Assembly (NCBI GenBank): GCA_051313645.2
Contig: JBNRSN020000010.1
Coordinates: 9,114,001-9,178,000 of the forward strand
Direction: 5' to 3'
Length of the DNA stretch: 64,000 nt
Source of the DNA: Centroscyllium fabricii
Taxonomy: Eukaryota
Made by a program: the position numbers and the translations under genes. Of this stretch, positions 50,991 through 63,735 are shown in pieces. The notes below the pieces were generated by a model that saw only the letters and a list, made by a program, of their open reading frames with translations, searched no databases and was not told the origin of the DNA. Numbering within the stretch: the first letter of the stretch is position 1; each line of letters starts with the position of its first letter.

Positions 50991-51900
50991 GGCCCAGCAT
51001 TTGCGGTCGGAGGCTTCCCGCGGAGAAATTCCTCCGATTTGTTAATAAAAAACCCGCCTACCTGGTAGGTACGGAGACTCGCGGTCCTGGGGCTCTCAAA
51101 ATACCCGTAGGTAGAGGCTCACGTATCCCAGGTGCTCACGGGGTTCACAGGCACCCATTGGATCACGTGGGCTGGCCAAACGAATGATAGAAAGGGATCA
51201 CCATTCTTGCTTATGGGGCTTCCGTATTTACATTACGCAATCCCTACAACTATGAATGGGAAAACCCCAGAAAATGCAACTGCACGTCAAACAAATAAAA
51301 AATTACATATTTAAAATATATTATAATGACATTTAATTAAACCAAAATTGTTATTAAAAAAAATAAACGATTTAACCGGCCGAAAAATAACATTACCCCA
51401 TGGCACAGTATTTTTAATGTTTAAGTGATTGAAATATTTTTTTACACAAAAACATAGAAACAGAGAAGATAGGAGCCTGCTCCTCCATTCAGGGGGATCA
51501 TGGCTGATCATCTAAATTCAACACCGTATCCTTGCCTTCTCTCCTCACCCGTGATCCATTTAGCCTTACGAAATATATCTAACTCAGTCTTCATTATATT
51601 TCATGATTCGGCCTCCACTGCCTTCTGTGGCAGAGAAATCAGCGAAACCTGCGTTATCACCAGGCATAATAATTCCACAGCGATTCGCCGGTCTGGATTC
51701 CGTCAAATCACCCAACACCCAATCTGCGAATGCCCTGTTCCCAGGGATGCGCTGGATCTGTTAACATGGTTCTTCACAAATCACAGGTTCTGGTTATTCC
51801 CGAATGTGCTCCAAACACAAAAGCCTGGAACTTGTTCGGCACTTACATGCACGTACGCATCGCATACGCGGACGTAGTTGCCACAAGTTACGGGCATTAT
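50991..51900. mobile_element. MITE/DNA-transposon remnant related to the 12502 element, with a CR1 tail fragment (about 51449-51640, -) inside
   Basis: Start GGCCCAGCATTTGCGGTCGGAGGCTTCC resembles the 12502 and 56453 starts; shared TCACGTGGG motif. Right end not resolved. Confidence 0.5.
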
Positions 51901-51939
51901 ATCTATAATAACAACGGAAAATGCTGTAAAAAACACAGT

Positions 51940-54280
51940 AATTCAGGCAGCATGTATGGGGAGAGACACAGAGACAACGTTTCGGGGAGTTCCCTTTAAC
52001 GAGACTGATGAAACAGCCGAGAAGGATAGCAGAGTGCTGAGAGAACTCAAAGGGACGAGAAGAGTCAATGAGAGTTGTTCAGAACGAGACGAGGTGGTAA
52101 AAGGACAGAAGACAGCTCTAGATTAGGTGTGAAATGCACTGGTTGAATAGGAGACAGCTGCCGTGTGGGAAAGAGAAAAAAGAGAGGAGGGGCGGTGGAG
52201 GGCCGAGGCAAATGTCTCGATAATGTAAAAAAAGGTAAAAATGTTCTGGGTTATGATCTGAATTTGTTGTACTCGATATTGAGTCCGGGCGGCTGTACAT
52301 TTCCTAAACAGAAGATGAGGTGTTGTTCCTGGAGCTTACGCTGATCTTCGGTGGAACAATGTAATAATCCAAGGAGAGAGAGATCAGAGTGGGTGTGAAG
52401 CGAAGAATTGAAGTGACAGGTGAACGGAACCTCAGGATCACCCTTGCAATCTGAATGCAGGTGTTCCGCAAAGCGGTCACCCAATCTGCGTTTGGTTTCC
52501 CCAATGTGAGCAGCGAATACAGTATACCAGATTGCAAGAAGTGTATTTAAGTCGCTGCTTCACCTGGAAGGGGAGTTTGGGGCCCTGGACAGTGGGAAAG
52601 GGGAGGTACCAAGGCAGGTGTTGCATCTCCTGCGCTTGCATGGAAGGTGCTGGGCGAAGGTAATGGGGTAGCTGGGGGTAATAGAGGAGTGGACTAGGGT
52701 GTCTTGGCGGGAGCGGTCCCTCCGGAATGCTGAAAGGGGCGTGGAGGGGAAGATGCGTTTGGTGATCTGATCACTTTGGAGGTGGCGGAAATGGCAGAGG
52801 ATGATCCGTTGAATGTGGAGGCTGGTGGGGTGAAAGGTGAGGACGATGGGAAGCGTATCGTAGTTCTGGGAGGGAGGGGCGGGGCTGAGGGCAGAATGCG
52901 GGAGATAGAGCGGACATGTTCAAGGGCCGTGTCGACCACGGTAGAGGCAAATCGTCGGTTGAGTAAAAGGAAGACATATCAGAAGAACTGTTCTGGAAGG
53001 TGGCATCGTCGGTGCAGATGCAGCAGATATGGGGAAACTGAAAGAATGGAATAGATTATTTACAGGAAGCGGGGTGGGAGGAAGTGCAGTTCATGTAGCT
53101 GTGGGAGTCAGTGGGCATGTAATGAATGTTGGTCAATAACCTATCTGCAGAGGTGGAGATGGAGAATTCGAGGAAGGGTAGGGAAGAGTCGGAGATAGAT
53201 CATGTGAAGGTGAGGGAAGGGTCGCACTTGGAGGCATAGTGAATGCAATCGTCGAGTTCGGGGCAAGAGCAGAAAATGGCAACGATACATTCATCAATAT
53301 ATCGGAAGATGAGGTGAGGGTAGTGACCCGAGTAGGACTGGAAGAAAGAGAGTTCCAGATATCCCACGAAAAGGCAGTCATAGGTAAGGCCTATGCGGTT
53401 ACCCATAGCCACACCTTTGAATTGGAGGAAATGAGTGGAGTCAAAGGAGAAGTTGTTCAATGTGAGAACAAGTTCAGCCAGGCAAAGGAGGGTGGTTGTC
53501 GATGGGGTTTGGTTGGGTCTCTGTTCGAGGAAGAAGCAGAGTTCCCTCAAGCCATTCTAGTGGGGGATGGATATATAGAGTAATTGCACAGCCATGGTGA
53601 AAAGGAGGCGGTTGGGACCGGGAAACTTGAAACTGTTGAAGTGGAGGAGGGCGTCCGAAGAATCGTGGATGTAGGTAGCAAGAGACTGAACAAGGGGAGA
53701 AAAAATAGAGTCGAGATAGGAAGAGATAATTTCCGTGGGGCAAGAACGGGCTGAACCGATGGGTCTACCAGGGCAGTCCTGTTTGTGGATCTCTGGAAGG
53801 AGGTAGAAGCGGGTTGTGGAGGGCTAGGGAACTATGAGGATGCTGGCCGCGGAAGAAGATCTCCAGAGGAGATGAGGTCAGTGGCAGTCTTGGGAATGGT
53901 GGTTTGATGTTCAGTAGTGCGGTCCTGGTTCAGGTGGAGGTAGGAGGATGTTTTGGAGAGTTGGCGTTTAGCTTCTGCTAGGTAGAGGTCGGATCTCCAA
54001 ACAACAACAGCACCACCCTTGTCAGCAGGTTTTATGACAATGTCGGGGTTGGATCTGAGGGAATGGAGTGCTGCAAGTTCAGAGGGAGTTAGGTTGGAGT
54101 GTGTGAGGGGAGTAGAGAAATGTAGATGGCCGATGCCATGGCGGCAGTTAGCGATGAAAAGATCTAGAGAGGGTAAGATGTCGGGGGGAGGGGTCCAAGT
54201 GGAACGAGAGTTTTGAAAGTGCTAGAAGGGGACAGCTGTGCGAGGAGAAGACTCCTGGTCAAAGAAGTGGGCACGGATTA
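51940..54280 (-). mobile_element. Penelope-like element, second family (RT + GIY-YIG), decayed
   Basis: LVLTLNNFSFD...KGVAMG...FRYIDE (53200-53550); GDRFAEHL...HFNS...QPPGLNIE (52251-52484); degenerate hammerhead remnant near 51970-52010. Confidence 0.88.
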
Positions 54281-54299
54281 CATCTATGATGGCTTGGGT

Positions 54300-55020
54300 T
54301 CTATTGTTGAAGAAAGGACATACATGCCGTAGAGGCGGAGCAACAAATCTTCAATGGATTAAGCCCTGGAGTGAGAGGGCTGTCCTATGATGATGATTGT
54401 ATAGATTGCGCATATACCCACTGGAGTTCAGAAAATTTAAATGTTATCTCGTTGAAATATGTAAGACTCTGAGGGATAACGATTGACAGGTTAGATGCTG
54501 AGAGGTTGTATCCCCTGGCTGGCGAGTCTAGAACTAGGGGTCACAGTCTCAGAATAAGGAGTCGGCCGTTTATGACTGAGGTAAGAAGCAATTTCTTCAC
54601 GCAGCGGTTTGTGAATCTTCAGAATTCTCTACCCGAAAGGGGATAGGGTGGGATATGTGTCTGTGCAGGCTCGATAGGGATCGAGGGATATGGGGAGAGG
54701 GCAGGGGCGGGTTGCTGGGTTTGGATGATCAGCCATGATCTCATTGAATGGCGAAGCAGGCTCGAAGGGCCGAATGGCCTTCCCCTGCTACTATCTTCTA
54801 TGTTTCTATGTTTCTATGTTTCTGTGCTTGTGAATGCTGAGTCAATGGGTATACTCAAGGCTCAGATCGATAAACGTTTGGACTCTAGGGGAATGGAAGG
54901 ATATTGGGGATCGGTGGGTAAATGGAGCTGAGCTCGAAGATCCGTCATGGTCGTATTGAATGGCAGAGCAGGCTCGAAGGGCCGTTCCTCTACCCCTGGC
55001 CCTAATTCTTACGTTTTTGT
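54300..55020 (+). mobile_element. CR1 3' fragment containing a V-SINE long-tail piece (about 54640-54825)
   Basis: SRTRGHSLRIR...NFFTQR remnants; GGGATAGGGTGGGATATGTGTC...(TTTCTATG)n insert. Confidence 0.8.
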
Positions 55021-55227
55021 GTACATATAGGTTTTGCTGAGCTCAAGGTTTCGCCACATTTTCTGTGCTACTAACCCATAGAAATCCTTTTTTAGTCCTG
55101 GCAAACCTGGACTAAAAAGTTGGTATCAGTAATGGAGACCATGTAACTACCAGATTGTTGTAAAAGACCATCTGGTTCACTAATGTCCTGAGCGAATGAA
55201 ATCTACCATACTAACCCGGTCTGGACT

Positions 55228-56450
55228 AATCTACTGTAATTTTTTGAGGATGTAACTGTTAAAATAGATAAGGAAGAATCAGTAGATATGGTGTATTTGG
55301 ACTTCCAGAACGCTTTCGATAAGGTCCCGCATAAGAGATTAGCATGTAAAGCTAAGGCACATGGGATTGGGTGCAAGGTACTGACTTGCATAGAGAACTG
55401 GATGGCACACAGGAAGCAAAGATCTGGAATAAACGGGTCTTTTTCCAAGTGACAGGGAGTGACGACTGGGTTACCGCAGGGTTTGGTCCTAGGACACCAG
55501 ATATGCACAATATATATTTTAATGATCTGAACGGCAATAGATTGGAAGAAGGGGAAGTGCAACGAGACCTGAGTCTCCTTGTGCACCAATTCAATACAAT
55601 TCAACTTTTTTTTTCATATACAATATACATGTACATGAACAACGAAATGTGATCTTGCAAGCTCCCAAGAGTCCAGCAAAGCCATTGCGTCTGTGCGTGC
55701 CACCATTCCATCTTTCCATCATTCCGACAATCTTCAGCCAACCGCCCCTCCCCGGGGTTCCTTTCGTGACCTCCGCTGAATGTAAGCATGCAGGCACAGC
55801 AGGTGTTTGAGAAGGCAAATGGTATGTTGGCATTCGTAGCGAGAGGGCTCGAGTACAGGAACAAGGATGTCTTGCTGCATTTGTACAGGGACTTGCTGAG
55901 ATCACACTTTGAGTATTGTATGCAGTTTTGAGCGCCTTATATAAGGAAGGATGCTTCGTGCTATGGAGGGAGTGCAGTGAAGATTCACCGGACACATACC
56001 TGGGATGGCAGGACTGAGGAGAGATTGGATCGATTGGGCTTATACTCGCTGGAGTTTAGAAGAATGTGAGGGGATCTCATTAAAACTTATAAAATTCTAA
56101 CAGGACTAGACAGACTAGATGAAGGAAAAATGTTCCCGATGACCATGGAGTCCAGGACCAGTGGTAGCAGTCTAGGCATAAGGTGGAAGCCATTTAGAAC
56201 TGAGAAAAGGAGGCGTTTTTTCACTCAGAGAGTGGTGAACCTGTGGAATTATCAACAACAGGAGTCAGTGGAGACCAATTCATTAAATATTTTCAAGAAG
56301 GAGTTAGATATATTTCTTAAGGCTAAAGGGATCAAGGGATATGGGGAGAAGGCAGGGACAGGGTACTGAATTGGGATGATCAGCCCACATCGCATTGAAT
56401 GGTGGAGCAGGCTCGAGAGACCGAATGGCCTACTGCGGCTACTATCTTGT
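55228..56450 (+). mobile_element. CR1/HER1-type RT fragment with an internal deletion and 3' tail
   Basis: VDMVYLDFQNAFDKVPH; ORF 56130-56369 RRFFTQRVVNLWN...GIKGYGEKAG. Confidence 0.85.
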
Positions 56451-56452
56451 AT

Positions 56453-56700
56453 GGCCCAGAAATTCGGGTTGGAGGCTTATCACGAGTGCAAGCCTCCAAC
56501 CCACACTTACCGACCGCACCGGCCGTTGAGCAGTGCCCCAGCATGGACCCCGATTTTGGGCCCTCCAGAGCTGCCGGCGCACCGCGCTCCCGGATCCGAG
56601 CGGTGAAGATAGTGAGAGGCTTCATGCGGGATCAGGTGGGCTGCGGAGAGCCAGAATGCTCCATACATATGTTTGACAGGAAGACCTGTCAAACATATGA
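56453..56700. mobile_element. MITE left-end fragment (GGCCC family)
   Basis: GGCCCAGAAATTCGGGTTGGAGGCTT...AAGCCTCCAACCC internal hairpin. Confidence 0.5.
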
Positions 56701-57264
56701 ATACTACAAACCCAACACCTCAGTAAATCTTGAAATATGTTTTAAAAAAGCATCACATTTTTTAAAATAACTATCAATTACATAAATTAGCTATTTTAAA
56801 CAACCCTTATGTTCTTACTTTCCACTCTCTAGTTCTTGATCATCTCTGTAATTTATCTGCAAATTTGCTCATCTATATCCTTCCCAATAGTTGGCGATCT
56901 ATAGAATACACCTAGTATTCCAAATTTATTCCATGGACATATAGATTATGAGTGTTTCTGTTTATTATTCCCTACACAGCCAGGTGTTGACCTAAGGTTT
57001 GGGGAGGGCATGGGGAAGAGTGACTTTGATTTTCTGATTCTGCAGCAGATAACATATATTCATTTTTAATTCCACCATTGAGGAGCTGGTCTGAGTTCGG
57101 GAACATATATATGTCACCACCTCAGAATAACCCAGAAATGAAAAAAAAATATCTTAAATTTTATTTAAAGAAGAAATAATAGCCACAATATTATTTTTTA
57201 AATAATCATGTACTTTCCTCTTTATCTCTCGATATCAATACTTAATGTACTTAATATAAGTAGA

Positions 57265-58895
57265 GAGCAAGTACTCTAGAAAATAATGGGACTAAATTCC
57301 ACCAATACCCCTGGACCTGACGATCTACATATTAGGCTTCTAAAGAGGATGCTGAAGATATAGTGGTGCATTGGTTTTCATCTTCCAAAAATCACTACAT
57401 TCTGGAATAGTTACAGATGATTGGAAGGTCACAAATCTAACACCGCTATTCAAGAAAGGTAGGAGAGAAAAAATAAGGAACTGCAGGCCAGTTAGCCTGA
57501 TGTCAGTCGTCGGCAAAATGTTGGAATCCATTGTTAAGGAAGTGGTACCAAGTCGCTAAGAAAATAATAACATGATTAGGCAGAGTCAAATTTGATTTTT
57601 GAAAGAGAAATCGTGTTTGTCAAAATTATTCGTGTTTTTTGAGGATGTATCTAGCAGGGTAGATAAAAGTGAACCAGTGGAACGAGTATATTTGGATTTC
57701 CAAAAGGCATTCGATAAAGTGCCACATAAAAAAATTATTAAACAAGATTAGGGATCACGGGGTTGGGAGTAATATAGAAGCATGGTTAGATGATTCGTTA
57801 ACTTACAGAAAACAGTGTAGAAATAAGCGCATATCTTTCAGTTTGGAAGGCTGTAACTAGTGCGGTGCCACAAGGATCAGTGTTGGGGTCTCAGCTATTT
57901 ACAGCCGATATTACTGAGCTAGATGAAGGGACCAAGTGTCATGTATCCAAGTTTGCTGTTGATACAAAGCCTGGAGGGACAGTAACTTTGAGGAGAACAC
58001 AAAAAAGTCTGCAAAGCGATATAGATAGGCTGATTGAGTTGGCAATAAATTGGCAGATGGAGTATAATGTAGGGAAAGGTAAGGTTTTTCAGTTTGGTTG
58101 GAAGAATAGAAAAACATAATCTTTTTTAAATTGTGAGAAACCTTAAAATCTTGGTATTAAGAGAGAGTTGGATGACCTCGTGCAAGAAGCACATGAAGCT
58201 AGCATGCAGGTTCAACAAGCACTAAGGAAGGCAAATGGCATGTTGGCCTTCATTGCAAGGGGGCTGAAGTATAAGAGCAATCAAGTCTTGCTGTAATTGT
58301 ACAAGGGCCTTGGCGAGACCACATCTGGACTATTGTGCACAGGGTTGGCCTCCCTATCTGAGGAAGGATATACTTGCCTTGGAGGCGGTGCAACATAGGT
58401 TCATTAGATTGATTCCTGAATGAGAGGGCTGGCCTATAATGAGAGATTAAATATAATGGGCCTATACTCTATGGAGATTAGAAGAATGAGAGGTGATATC
58501 ATGGAAACAGACAAGATTCTGCAGGGAATTGACAGGGTAGCTGCTGAGAAGTTGTCTCCTCTGGCTGTAGCATCCAGAACGTGGGCGCATTGTCTCGGGA
58601 TAAGGGGTTGGCCATTTAAGCCTGAGATGAAGAGGAATTTCTTCACTCAGATGATTGTGAATCTTTGGCATTTTCTGCCCCAGAAGGCTGTGAATGTTGT
58701 GTCTTTGAGAATATTCAAGGCTGAGATAGATAGATTTTTGGACTCCAGACGAATCAAGGGATATGGAGATCGGGCGAGAAACTGGAGTTGAGGTCGATGA
58801 TAAGCCATGCTCTTATTGAATGGCGGAGCCACATGGCCTACTTCTGCGCTTATTTATTGTGTTTTTATTTTCTTATGTTCGTTTTTTCTTATGTT
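57265..58895 (+). mobile_element. CR1 RT fragment with 3' tail
   Basis: DDWKVTNLTPLFKKG, PQGSVLGSQLF, SKFAVDTK, RRMRGDIMETDKIL. Confidence 0.88.
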
Positions 58896-59476
58896 GTTAT
58901 CACCTTTAAGTACAGCCAGTCTTTCCATTTTCTTCGCCTTATCAAATGTTATCCCATCCCTTTTCTGAACTACCTTCTCTCTCACTTTGGCTTTGGCAAT
59001 ATCTTCTTCCTTGTTAAAGACATAAGCTATACATTCATTTAATACGTCTGCCATGCCCTCTGCCTCCACTAATTTATAGTTCATGTACCTCTCTTTTTAC
59101 TTTCACTGCCAATTTGCTCCTCTATATCCTTCCCACTTGTTGGTGGCCTATACGATACATCGAGTATTATATATATACATATTTTCCAAGATCATATAGA
59201 TTCTGACTGTTTCAGTTTCCTATTCCCTACACCGCCAAATGTTGACCCAAGGTTTGGTGAGGACATGGGCAAACATGATTTTGATGCTTTGATTCTACAG
59301 CAGTTAACGTATATATATTTTTCCACAATTGAGGAGCTGGGCTGAGTTCTGGAACTGAGAAATGTCACCAAATCAGAATAACACAGAAATGAAAAAAATA
59401 TCTCTTAAATTGAGTAATAATTGGCACAATATTATTTTTCACACAATCCTATTATTTCTCCTTTATCTCTTGACAG

Positions 59477-59646
59477 CAGACGCTGTGGATCAAATGCAGG
59501 AAATTCTGGCAAGTTTCAGAGATATTGAGCTCCGTAGAATCACAGTATTCTACCGTCAGAGATTGGAAGACGCTATTGAAGAATTTGTTGATGGTGTTGG
59601 TTTGGCATTACTGGATGAAAACCAAATTAATAGTCAAGAATATCAG
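59477..59646 (+). CDS. CARD-like death-fold exon, N-terminal half: ADAVDQMQEILASFRDIELRRITVFYRQRLEDAIEEFVDGVGLALLDENQINSQEYQ
   Basis: Pyrimidine tract + CAGCAG acceptor (59474-59479), donor CAG|GTAGAT at 59647; phase 1 in, phase 0 out; CARD helix 1-3 pattern (R..L...V..V...L.....I...EY). Confidence 0.8.
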
Positions 59647-60809
59647 GTAGATTGGAGTTGCGGAATGGAATATTTCACGATTTAAAATTGTAAAGTAAAA
59701 TAAATTCAAGATCAATGGTTCTTTCCAATTTACTGCCGTGATTTGGGGAACACTAAAATTGTTCATTGTTCAACAAAACTCATGTAATCTGATAATTAAG
59801 TATTTATCAAGAAACGCATATTCGGGTTAAGCCAATCTTCCGCAGAATTGCATGTTTAGCAAAGGTCGTGATCTTTTCTTTCACAATGAATAGAATTTCA
59901 TAATAATAGCACTTTCCAGTAATGCTTGAGTCAACATTGTTATCAGATGATTAGTTATAATTCCCATGTACGCTGCCAAGATTACAGTAACCTGAAACTA
60001 TTTGAACGGCAGGTATCTGTACAATATCGATGTAAGACACTGGATAGTGTTTCTCAGCAATCTAAAAGAATATCATTTTCTCCGGTTTAAGTTTATTTCT
60101 AAAATAGTAATCAAACGAACGACCAACACTCACGCCACGTGACTGTTTTCTGTTTTCCTTAGAAGCTACACCACTGGAATATCATGAAGAATTACACGAG
60201 GAGGCTAGTTTGTGCTTCCAGCGAATCCTTCCACATGTACCAATCTTCCCAATTTTCCACATCTAATGGGCTCCAAAAAAATCCTGATTCACTACATTGC
60301 TACCGGGGACCATTCCAAGTGTTAGTTGCCCTTTCTGCAAAGTATTCCTGATATCAGTCAGGAACTTGCCTACTAAGCGTGTACCTGTGGCCCCTTGTCG
60401 CTCGGTCGCACATTGTCTTGCAATAGTGACCATGAGTAATATTCCACTTACCTTTTATACATCACTAAGATCCCTTTTCATTCGTTTCTTTTGAAAGCTG
60501 TAGAACATATGTTTATTTACATCTGCTTTTTGTAACTAGCTCGGTTGCACTCTTCTATTTTTCTTTGTGGCCCAAAATGTTAACACTGGGTTTCGATAAT
60601 CAGAAATGAACCCAGTACTCGACATGTTGTTTAACCAGAATGCCATTCAACTTCAAGATGACAGATTCAGAATTATTAGCTAAATATTCTGCAAAATTAC
60701 TTTCCTTTTTTTTGCTTCATTGATGTCTGTTAAGCAACATATCATCATGGGAGATGGATTTTTGGCATTCAGGCTATTTTATATGTTGGCAAATATTTCT
60801 GATTCAGTG

Positions 60810-61240
60810 ACGGGATGGGGGCGTTGCTGCTCAGGTCAACATTTATTGCCCATCCCTAAATTCACTTGCAAAGGCGGTGGTCAGCCACTTTCTTGAACCG
60901 CTGCAGTCCATTATATTTCTTCATGATTCTGTAGCCGTTTGGTACAACTGAGTTGGTTGCTAAGCAATTTTAAAGGGCATTTTAGAGTCAACCACATTGC
61001 TGTGTGGCTGGAGTCACAAAAAGACCAGACCAGAATGGCCGATTTCCTTCCCTAAAGAACAATTTGTATGACAATCTGGTAGTGTTATGGTCAGAATTAC
61101 TGAAACAGGCTTTTGATTCCAGATGCATGTAATGAGCTGAGCTAAAAATCCCGACCTGCCATGTTGTGATTGAACTCACGCATCCACATTATTAATTCAG
61201 GCTTCTGGATTGTTGCCCTGTAACATAACCACTATGCTCA
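60810..61240 (-). mobile_element. tRNA-headed SINE with a LINE-derived tail
   Basis: Minus strand AGCATAGTGGTTATGTTAC...GAGTTCAATCAC head; same body and tail as 26975-27340. Confidence 0.65.
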
Positions 61241-62079
61241 AATAGCCCTGATACCATTATCGTTGGACAATTACTTACTGAGAAAGTAGGTTTCTGCTAT
61301 GTGGTCCCAAGGGCTACGACTCCATTCTGGGTGCTGCACATCTACATGGCCAGGTTATGAGACTATTATGACTCCCAGGTCTTTCAGCTACCTCTCATGC
61401 CATTTACACGCAGCTCATTGAGTATTGTCAATTTGCCAATCTCGCTGCATGTTGGGGCTCTTCTCTCCAGATAAGCGACGGCTGAGTGGCGACCTAACAG
61501 AAAGTGTAACTTGCTACCCCACGGGATAGTTGGGGCGAATTGAATTAAGGGAAAGCTAGACGACGGAAAAAGGATCAGAAATATAGACTTATAGGTTGAG
61601 ATGAACGGAGGTAGGAGGGAAATCTTGTGGAGAATAACTACTGGCATGGAGTAATTGGGTCGAATGGCCGGTTTGCCGTAAATTCTATGCAATTCTATAT
61701 TAATACCCTCATTTAATTTCACATGTCATAAATCAACCCAGCTGAAAATGATGCCAATGTTCTCCTGTAGTTCAATTGATGTTTCCCTCATTTGAATAGT
61801 GGTTCAACGTTAGCTAGTTTTAAATGCAGTAGACTCTCTCGTAGTGAATAAGTTCCTCGCTGACTGTCAATATTTTGGAGATTTAATTCGCGTTATACAA
61901 TGCATTGTATAATATCATTTTTTGGGGATTTTTATTCGTATGCATGTCGATCTAGTAGCCAAATAGTACTATAACGCGCTATTTAAATAATTACATTCAT
62001 TTTCAGGACTCCATTTAGTGAGTTCATTGTGCTCTCGCTATGTCTACTCATATGTTTATATGCACATATGTGTACGCAT

Positions 62080-62140
62080 ATTTATCTATCGTTCTATCTC
62101 TCTCTCTATCTATATTTCGATATCTATCTCTCTATCTCTC

Positions 62141-62200
<60 letters not shown>

Positions 62201-62330
62201 ACTATCTATCTATCTCTCTATCTATATACCTGTAATTTATATATTCTCTATCTATCTAGCAATCATGTATCTAGCTATTTGTCCAACTCTCTCTCTCACT
62301 CTCCCTCTCTCTCATTCAATCTATATATCA
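62080..62330 (+). repeat. (TCTA)n / (TC)n microsatellite
   Basis: Perfect TCTA run at about 62141-62200 with degenerate flanks. Confidence 0.95.
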
Positions 62331-62589
62331 ATTGGTTTTGTCATTAAACCATGTAACCTAATGATGCAAAAAAAGAAACCAACACCTACAAATGCTGGTA
62401 ATCTAAAATGATAACAGAAACACTGGAAACAATACATTTTGAATTGATTTATTCAAGCTGGTTATATTATTCCTGCGATATCTGCACATAGCTGCTGACT
62501 CAACTGCTGAGATTTTCTAGCATTTTTTTTCGCAATAGAAATTATTGGCATTCCCATACCTGATTATGTCTCCATGTGAACTAAGTACA

Positions 62590-63165
62590 CAGAATTATAT
62601 AGAATGAACAATATATAAACAGTTCAGGCGGCTCAACTGGTCCAAGCCTCATCCCACCTTACATCCTTTAAATCTAGCAGCATATCCTATTCCCCTTTCA
62701 CGCTTGTGTTTGTTTAGCTTCCTCTTAAATGCATCTATGCTATTCGCCTCAACATATGCTTGTGGTAGGTAGTTCCTCATTCTACCCACTCGCTGGGTAA
62801 ATACGTTTCTCCTGAATCACCATATGGTTATCGTGCTTTCTTATATAGATATATGTATGGCCTCTTGTGGTGTTCCCCACAAGTGTAACCATCTTCCCTC
62901 GGTCTACCCCATCAAAGCTCTCTTGCAAATCAATGCTTTGTTTGCATTTTTACATGGATTTGGGAACCTGTCGCTCTACTTTTAGAGATTTCTGTATCCG
63001 TATCCCGGATCCCTTTTCTCCTCTATCCTTTTGAACTCTTATTTTCTAAGGCATATTTTTGGCTATTTATTCTTCCTAACAATATGCACCACCTCATAAT
63101 ATATAACATTGCAATTCGTTCGCCAAATACACGCCCATTGTGCAAGTTTATTAATTCCATGGATA
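62590..63165 (-). mobile_element. Old CR1-like 3' fragment
   Basis: Resembles 19640-20400 (TTAGCTT...CATTCTA...CTGGGTAAATACG). Confidence 0.55.
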
Positions 63166-63170
63166 TAAAA

Positions 63171-63553
63171 CAGTGGTTAGCGCTGTTGCCTCACAGCACC
63201 ATAGACACGGGTTCAAATCCAGCCTCGGGTACTATCTGTGTGGAATTTGCACATTCTCCCCGTGTCTGCGTGGGTTTCCTCCGGGTGCTCCGGTTTCCTC
63301 ACGCAGTCCAAATACGTGCGGGTTTGATTGATTGACCATTATAAATTGACCCATGGTGTTAGGGGGATTGAATGTGTGGGGTTACGGGGATAGGGTGGGA
63401 TGTGCGTCGGTGCAGGCTCGATAGGGATCGAGGGATATGGGGACATGGCAGGGACAGGGTACTTGGTTTGGATGTTCAGCTATGATCTCATTGTATGGCG
63501 GAGCAGGATTGAAGGGCCGAATGGCCTACTCCTGCTCCTATCTTCTATGTTTC
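63171..63553 (+). mobile_element. HE1-type V-SINE, long-tail form
   Basis: Partial head, V-domain, CR1 tail. Confidence 0.9.
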
Positions 63554-63735
63554 AAGGTTTATATGTATACTCTTCCGCAATATTCCTTGTTATTAACCAC
63601 AGATTTTGAAATTGTTCTTTTGATGCCCACGTGCAAATCAATTGCACTGGTTATATTTGTCTTACAAGTGTTATGCATGATTGATATAAAACAGTGCAAT
63701 AATTTGGGTTGAACTTATCTGCATTTTAATTCCAG

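Noticed and set aside
51970-52010. Hammerhead in the second Penelope family
   Set aside because: The GAAAC box is present but the CUGANGA box is not intact; kept only as a remnant.
56980-56996. Possible micro-exon (TACACAG|CCAGGTGTTGACCTAAG|GTTTGG) in the CARD gene intron
   Set aside because: 17 nt is not frame-preserving and gives a stop in phase 1; the duplicate copy lacks the AG.
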